The notes below the pieces were generated by a model. That model did not search any database. It was not told the DNA's origin and saw nothing but the letters and a program-made list of their open reading frames with translations. From assembly GCA_947627815.1 (NCBI GenBank), contig CANQXN010000003.1, positions 1 to 41,072 on the forward strand: 41,072 nucleotides of DNA, read 5' to 3'. Shown piece after piece: positions 37,376 to 41,072 of the stretch. The position numbers and the translations under genes are program-made. This DNA is from an uncultured Clostridia bacterium (GTDB lineage: Bacteria; Bacillota; Clostridia; Oscillospirales; CAG-272). How positions within the stretch are numbered: position 1 is the first letter of the stretch; every line of letters begins with the position of its first letter.

Positions 37376-38118
37376 GAAACTTTGGCATCCTTTTCTTCAA
37401 GATAATGTTGAATCCCTTGCGCCAGGGCTTCGGCAAAACGCGCGCGGTAATCCTCACTGGAAAGAAGCGCCACTTCATATGCATTGGAAAGAAATCCGCA
37501 TTCCACCAAAACAGCCGGCCGCGTTACCCGATGAAGAATATAAATGGAGGAGTCCGCTTCCTTTAACGGGCGCGGCTTTTCCACCGAAAGAGCTTGCCCG
37601 ATTTCATCGCGGAGCGATATGGCAAGCGCACGGCTCTCCGGATGATTGGGCGAAAAATAAAAAGTGATTCCCTTCACCGAAGGATCCGGATATTTATTCA
37701 TATGCAAACTGACCAAAATAGCATTTTCCGTTTGCTCGGTTAATTCTACCCGCGCCTTCAGATCCCCGTTTTTTTCGGAAGTTTCCCCTTCGCTGTGAAG
37801 CATAATATCTTCTGTACGGGTCATGACAACAGCAATGCCGCGGCTCTCCAGCGCCGCCGCCAATTTTTTTCCGAGATCTAAATTCAATTCTTTTTCCTGC
37901 ACGCCGTTCACGCCGACGGCGCCGCCATCCCGACCGCCATGTCCCGGATCGATCACCACTGTGACCGCTTTTTTTCCTTCATCGTTATTGACAGACATTT
38001 CTTTTGATGGTAAAATATCCGATAGAAAGGAAGCAAAAACCGTCAGTCCCAGACCCGCCGCCAGCAGGATCATGCAGAGCAAAAGTACACTGAAAAAAGC
38101 AATAAAAAAATGTTTCAT
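37372..38118 (-). CDS. N-acetylmuramoyl-L-alanine amidase (Amidase_3), CwlD-like, with N-terminal TM
   Basis: VVIDPGHGGRDGGAVG, SLHMN and ECGFLSN motifs, with a single N-terminal TM. ATG 38118 with a GGTGA SD. ATGA overlap with the radA start. Assignment as germination amidase CwlD is plausible but unproven. Confidence 0.8.
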   Translation of the reverse strand: MKHFFIAFFSVLLLCMILLAAGLGLTVFASFLSDILPSKEMSVNNDEGKKAVTVVIDPGHGGRDGGAVGVNGVQEKELNLDLGKKLAAALESRGIAVVMTRTEDIMLHSEGETSEKNGDLKARVELTEQTENAILVSLHMNKYPDPSVKGITFYFSPNHPESRALAISLRDEIGQALSVEKPRPLKEADSSIYILHRVTRPAVLVECGFLSNAYEVALLSSEDYRARFAEALAQGIQHYLEEKDAKVS

Positions 38119-38228
38119 GGCCGTCACCTGTCCTCAATCATCTGATAAGACATTTATATGAGGCCGATTGTTTTTTTATCGATATACAAAACGGAGCCAA
38201 CGCAAAAAAGCCGTTGCCAAACAGGAGT

Positions 38229-38801
38229 TTATTTCTGTTTCGGATCTCCGATATAGCGGCTGGTTCCGGATGCGTCCTTAGGCCTGCGAATAAATCCGTT
38301 TTTAAAACGAATCCCAAAAAGATACGCAACCGTAGTAACAATCAGCGCCGGCAAGGGCATCAGCGCTGTCAGCCAGTAGCTATCCGATGTCAGGCATTTT
38401 GCCATGCCTCGATACATAATGTGCAATACGCCGGAATCAGCTATAAAAATCGCCTGCGCCGCCGATTCTGCCCAAGAAGCGGGAAGCGCGGCGAAAAGCA
38501 TAAGAAGAACGCTCAAAAGAATGCCCAATGAATTGGCTAACGCCGAAACGGCAAGCATCCGCAGGGGGCGGAATTTGATTTTGCCGGCCTCCATACGGAT
38601 GCCGTCTTCCCGCCCTTCCAAATAGGAGACGGAGCAAAGCAAAAAAAGATAAAAAACAGAGGAAAATACCGAACTGGCCACAAACCACGCTTGGTTTTGA
38701 TCGGTAGCAAACGCCGTGGTCACGCCAAGAATGATCGCGGCCAATTGGTATACCACCATTTTGGAAACCAGCTTTGAATTTTCTTTCCAAAAATGTTTCA
38801 T
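38229..38801 (-). CDS. Hypothetical integral membrane protein (about 5 TM)
   Basis: 190-aa ORF with an AAAGGA RBS and several hydrophobic segments. I recognise no family. Confidence 0.5.
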   Translation of the reverse strand: MKHFWKENSKLVSKMVVYQLAAIILGVTTAFATDQNQAWFVASSVFSSVFYLFLLCSVSYLEGREDGIRMEAGKIKFRPLRMLAVSALANSLGILLSVLLMLFAALPASWAESAAQAIFIADSGVLHIMYRGMAKCLTSDSYWLTALMPLPALIVTTVAYLFGIRFKNGFIRRPKDASGTSRYIGDPKQK

Positions 38802-39014
38802 AAGTATCCTTTCTTCGGTCGTTTCCGTTTTTCTTTATGCCGCCGAACCATAGCATCTGCCCTTAGGTGCATTTCCGATCACGCAAGGCAAGAATAGAAG
38901 CGAAAACAGGCCGGGGACAAGTTTATTATACAACAAACCGATACGATTTGCAACCTGAATTTTAAACAAAATCCGCAAATTGCCTTTTTCTTGGCTTTTG
39001 AAAGGAGAGAATCC

Positions 39015-40073
39015 ATGACGCAAAGCCCCCCGCTGGTAAAAGCCTTTGTCAATTACAAAATATCGATACAAAACCGTTCGCCCCGCACGGCCGATCAGTA
39101 TGAACTTGACTTGATCCTTTTCTTTAAATACCTTTTGGCCAAGCGAAACGGTCTTCCCCTTTCGGGAGAGGCATTTGACAACATCGAGCTGTCTTCCGTG
39201 GATATTGAATTTATCCGCTCGATCACCGAAGATGAAATCTATGATTTTTTCCTCTATGTTTCAAGAGAGCGGGAAAACCAAGCCAGAGCCAGAGCGCGCA
39301 AATTGTCGTCGATTAAATCTTTTTTCCGTTATCTGGAATCCAATCGGAAATTGATTGATAAAAACCCGGCGGCACAAATTGAGGCGCCCTCGATCAAACG
39401 GGCGCTCCCGAAATATCTGACCTTAGAAGAAAGCCTGCGTCTTTTGGACACGGTGGAAAATGATACGCAAAGCGAAAGCAAGGAACGGGATTATGCCATT
39501 GTGACGCTTTTTCTCAACTGCGGTATGCGTCTTTCCGAACTTTGCGGCATCAATCTTTCAGACATAGACAGCGAGCTTCGCTCTCTGCGTGTGCTGGGAA
39601 AAGGCGCCAAAGAACGGATCATTTACCTGAACGATGCCTGCCGCGACGCGCTCAAGCGATGGCTGATCGTCAGAAACAAGTTGGAAATCAAAGATAAAAA
39701 CGCGCTCTTTATTTCCAGATTGGGCAAGAGGATCAGTAATAAAACGGTGCAATGGATGATTTATAAATATCTGAATCTTGCCGGTCTTGGAAACCGTCAT
39801 CTGTCGGTTCATAAACTGCGCCACACAGCCGCCACCTTGATGTATCAGGAAGGCGGCGTGGATGTTCTGGTTCTCAAAGATATTTTAGGACATGAACAGC
39901 TGAATACCACGCAAATCTATACCCATATCGGCAACCGTCAGTTAGAGGACGCCGTCAGGCGCAACCCGTTGGCAAACAAAAAAAGAGCGACACCCGAGCC
40001 GGGTGCGTCTGCCGAGCCGGGCGTATCGGATACCGATGGTTTGGCGAATACCCCTAAAGACGATGAGGCATAA
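39015..40073 (+). CDS. Tyrosine recombinase, XerC/XerD family, with a roughly 45-aa low-complexity C-terminal tail
   Basis: AAAGGAGAG RBS 5 nt before ATG 39015. SAM-like N-domain. Catalytic R (CGMRLSEL), HKLRHTAAT and the IYTHI tyrosine. The tail contains EPGASAEPGVS. Confidence 0.85.
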   Translation: MTQSPPLVKAFVNYKISIQNRSPRTADQYELDLILFFKYLLAKRNGLPLSGEAFDNIELSSVDIEFIRSITEDEIYDFFLYVSRERENQARARARKLSSIKSFFRYLESNRKLIDKNPAAQIEAPSIKRALPKYLTLEESLRLLDTVENDTQSESKERDYAIVTLFLNCGMRLSELCGINLSDIDSELRSLRVLGKGAKERIIYLNDACRDALKRWLIVRNKLEIKDKNALFISRLGKRISNKTVQWMIYKYLNLAGLGNRHLSVHKLRHTAATLMYQEGGVDVLVLKDILGHEQLNTTQIYTHIGNRQLEDAVRRNPLANKKRATPEPGASAEPGVSDTDGLANTPKDDEA

Positions 40074-40164
40074 GGAACTGTCAACAAGTCACGGTATGGC
40101 AGAAACAGTTGGCATTTGTGGCCTTACCGCCTCTTCAACAATAAAACCAGCAAATCATCCAAGA

Positions 40165-40196
40165 AGCCCCCGGCTGTTTTTACACAGTCGGGGGCT
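40165..40196. terminator. GC-rich 13-bp hairpin between the convergent xer-like gene and spoVAE (no clear U-tract)
   Basis: AGCCCCCGGCTGT (40165-40177) pairs with ACAGTCGGGGGCT (40184-40196) with one G-U pair. Confidence 0.45.
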
Positions 40197-40217
40197 ACAT
40201 TGTAGTGCAGATATGCT

Positions 40218-40583
40218 TTATTTCGGCTTGCTTTTGAAAACAAGCGCGGCCAAAAACGCGAAAACTAGGGCGGCAGTAATGCCAGCCGCCGTCCCGGTCA
40301 AACCTCCGGTTAAAGCGCCGATCAAGCCATATTCATCCACGGCTTTTTCCACACCTGTCGCCAAAGAATATCCAAATCCCGTCAGCGGGACGGTAGCGCC
40401 CGCCTGCGCAAACTCGACGATCGGTCCGTAAATTCGTATGGCCGTGAGTACTACACCGGCAACCACATAAGTGACCAAAACACGCGCAGGCGTCATTTTG
40501 GTTTTATCGATAAGGATCTGCGCCAGTGTACACAATATACCGCCGACCAAAAAAACACTGATATAGGTCAAAAATGTCTCCAT
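40218..40583 (-). CDS. spoVAE: Stage V sporulation protein AE (SpoVAEB-type)
   Basis: 121 aa with 4 TM. GATVPLTGFG and the glycine-rich C-terminus are typical of the SpoVAC/SpoVAEB family. It follows spoVAD, as in spoVA operons. Confidence 0.85.
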   Translation of the reverse strand: METFLTYISVFLVGGILCTLAQILIDKTKMTPARVLVTYVVAGVVLTAIRIYGPIVEFAQAGATVPLTGFGYSLATGVEKAVDEYGLIGALTGGLTGTAAGITAALVFAFLAALVFKSKPK

Positions 40584-40585
40584 TG

Positions 40586-41072
40586 TTACCTCCCGCAGAA
40601 ATAAACCAGATGGGCAATGGAGGCAATGGAAAGTCCTTGCTGCAATACCGTAGGACTCATCAGAGCGCCTGTGCCGATAAAGAGTACATGTTTTAACTTT
40701 CCCGCCAGAATGTCCGGCAGGATCTTAATGGCCGCCGTCACAGCAGAACACCCGCAGCCGGAACCGCCGGAATGCATATCCTGCAAATCGGCGTTGTAGA
40801 TCCACAAACCGCAGTCATAATAGACATCATCGATTTTTTGCCCATTCTGCGCCATCATCATTTTCATAATGCTGTATCCCTCTTTTCCAAGATCGCCGGT
40901 AGCAATCAAATCAAAATTCGAGGGGGTATGACCGGTCTCCGCAAAATATCGGAGAAGCGTATCTGCCGCTGCCGGCGCCATAGCCGCTCCCATATTGTTG
41001 ATATCGGTAATTTTACTGTCAACGCTGCGTCCGAACATCATTTCCTGTATTCCGACGCCGCCCTGGTTCTGC
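40586..41072 (-). CDS. spoVAD: Stage V sporulation protein AD (C-terminal part; the 5' end lies outside the window)
   Basis: Thiolase-fold SpoVAD C-terminal sequence (HSGGSGCGCSA...GTGALMSP). The frame stays open to the window edge. Confidence 0.85.
   Translation of the reverse strand, partial: QNQGGVGIQEMMFGRSVDSKITDINNMGAAMAPAAADTLLRYFAETGHTPSNFDLIATGDLGKEGYSIMKMMMAQNGQKIDDVYYDCGLWIYNADLQDMHSGGSGCGCSAVTAAIKILPDILAGKLKHVLFIGTGALMSPTVLQQGLSIASIAHLVYFCGR

Noticed and set aside
38991-40073. Recombinase as the marker of an integrated mobile element or prophage.
   Set aside because: The neighbours are a membrane protein and spoVA genes. I found no att-like repeats, phage or conjugation genes, and composition looks native. 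I treat it as a chromosomal Xer-family gene.
1-41072. Scan for CRISPR arrays, IS/transposase genes, toxin-antitoxin pairs, restriction-modification or other recognisable defence genes.
   Set aside because: I saw no repeat-spacer periodicity, no transposase/DDE or nuclease/methylase motifs, and no small paired ORFs with TA-like features. Apart from the items listed as findings, the window looks like core chromosome.

Overview
This 41-kb chromosomal window comes from a spore-forming Firmicute, probably Clostridia-like (spoVAD/spoVAE and a CwlD-like amidase are present; bulk G+C is about 50-60% in the lines I counted by hand). Most of it is core housekeeping. The genes in order, with strand in brackets, are: tandem-GNAT acetyltransferase (+); coaD-rsmD-uvrC (-); ptsH (-); rimM-trmD followed by a large Wzy/O-antigen-ligase-like membrane protein and two DUF4330-like paralogs (-); flavin reductase (-); gdpP-rplI-dnaB-tilS-hpt-ftsH (+); tRNA-Val(GAC); a roughly 3-kb low-G+C insert with a sensor-domain/MscS channel fusion and a small secreted acidic protein (+). 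A long minus-strand string follows: CwlD-like amidase-radA-murE-ATP-grasp ligase-tsaE-tsaB-rpiB, an SGNH esterase/GH78 rhamnosidase/AraC glycan locus, and a P-type Ca-ATPase plus a degenerate HPr-like protein. The window ends with an unknown membrane protein, a Xer-type tyrosine recombinase, and spoVAE plus partial spoVAD. I saw no rRNA, CRISPR array, transposase, phage block or recognisable defence genes. The candidates for something undescribed are: (1) a 38-codon upstream ORF whose Pro-TAA stop sits inside a perfect 10-bp helix that sequesters the SD of the GNAT gene; (2) the tRNA-adjacent low-G+C insert with the extracellular-sensor/MscS fusion; (3) an HPr-fold protein with Tyr at position 15 and Gly at 46, downstream of the Ca-ATPase; (4) a non-DNPR MurE next to a D-aspartate-ligase-like ATP-grasp enzyme; (5) the unknown envelope module abutting rimM-trmD. 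All protein family calls rest on motif recognition by eye, with no searches run, and several start codons are judgement calls.
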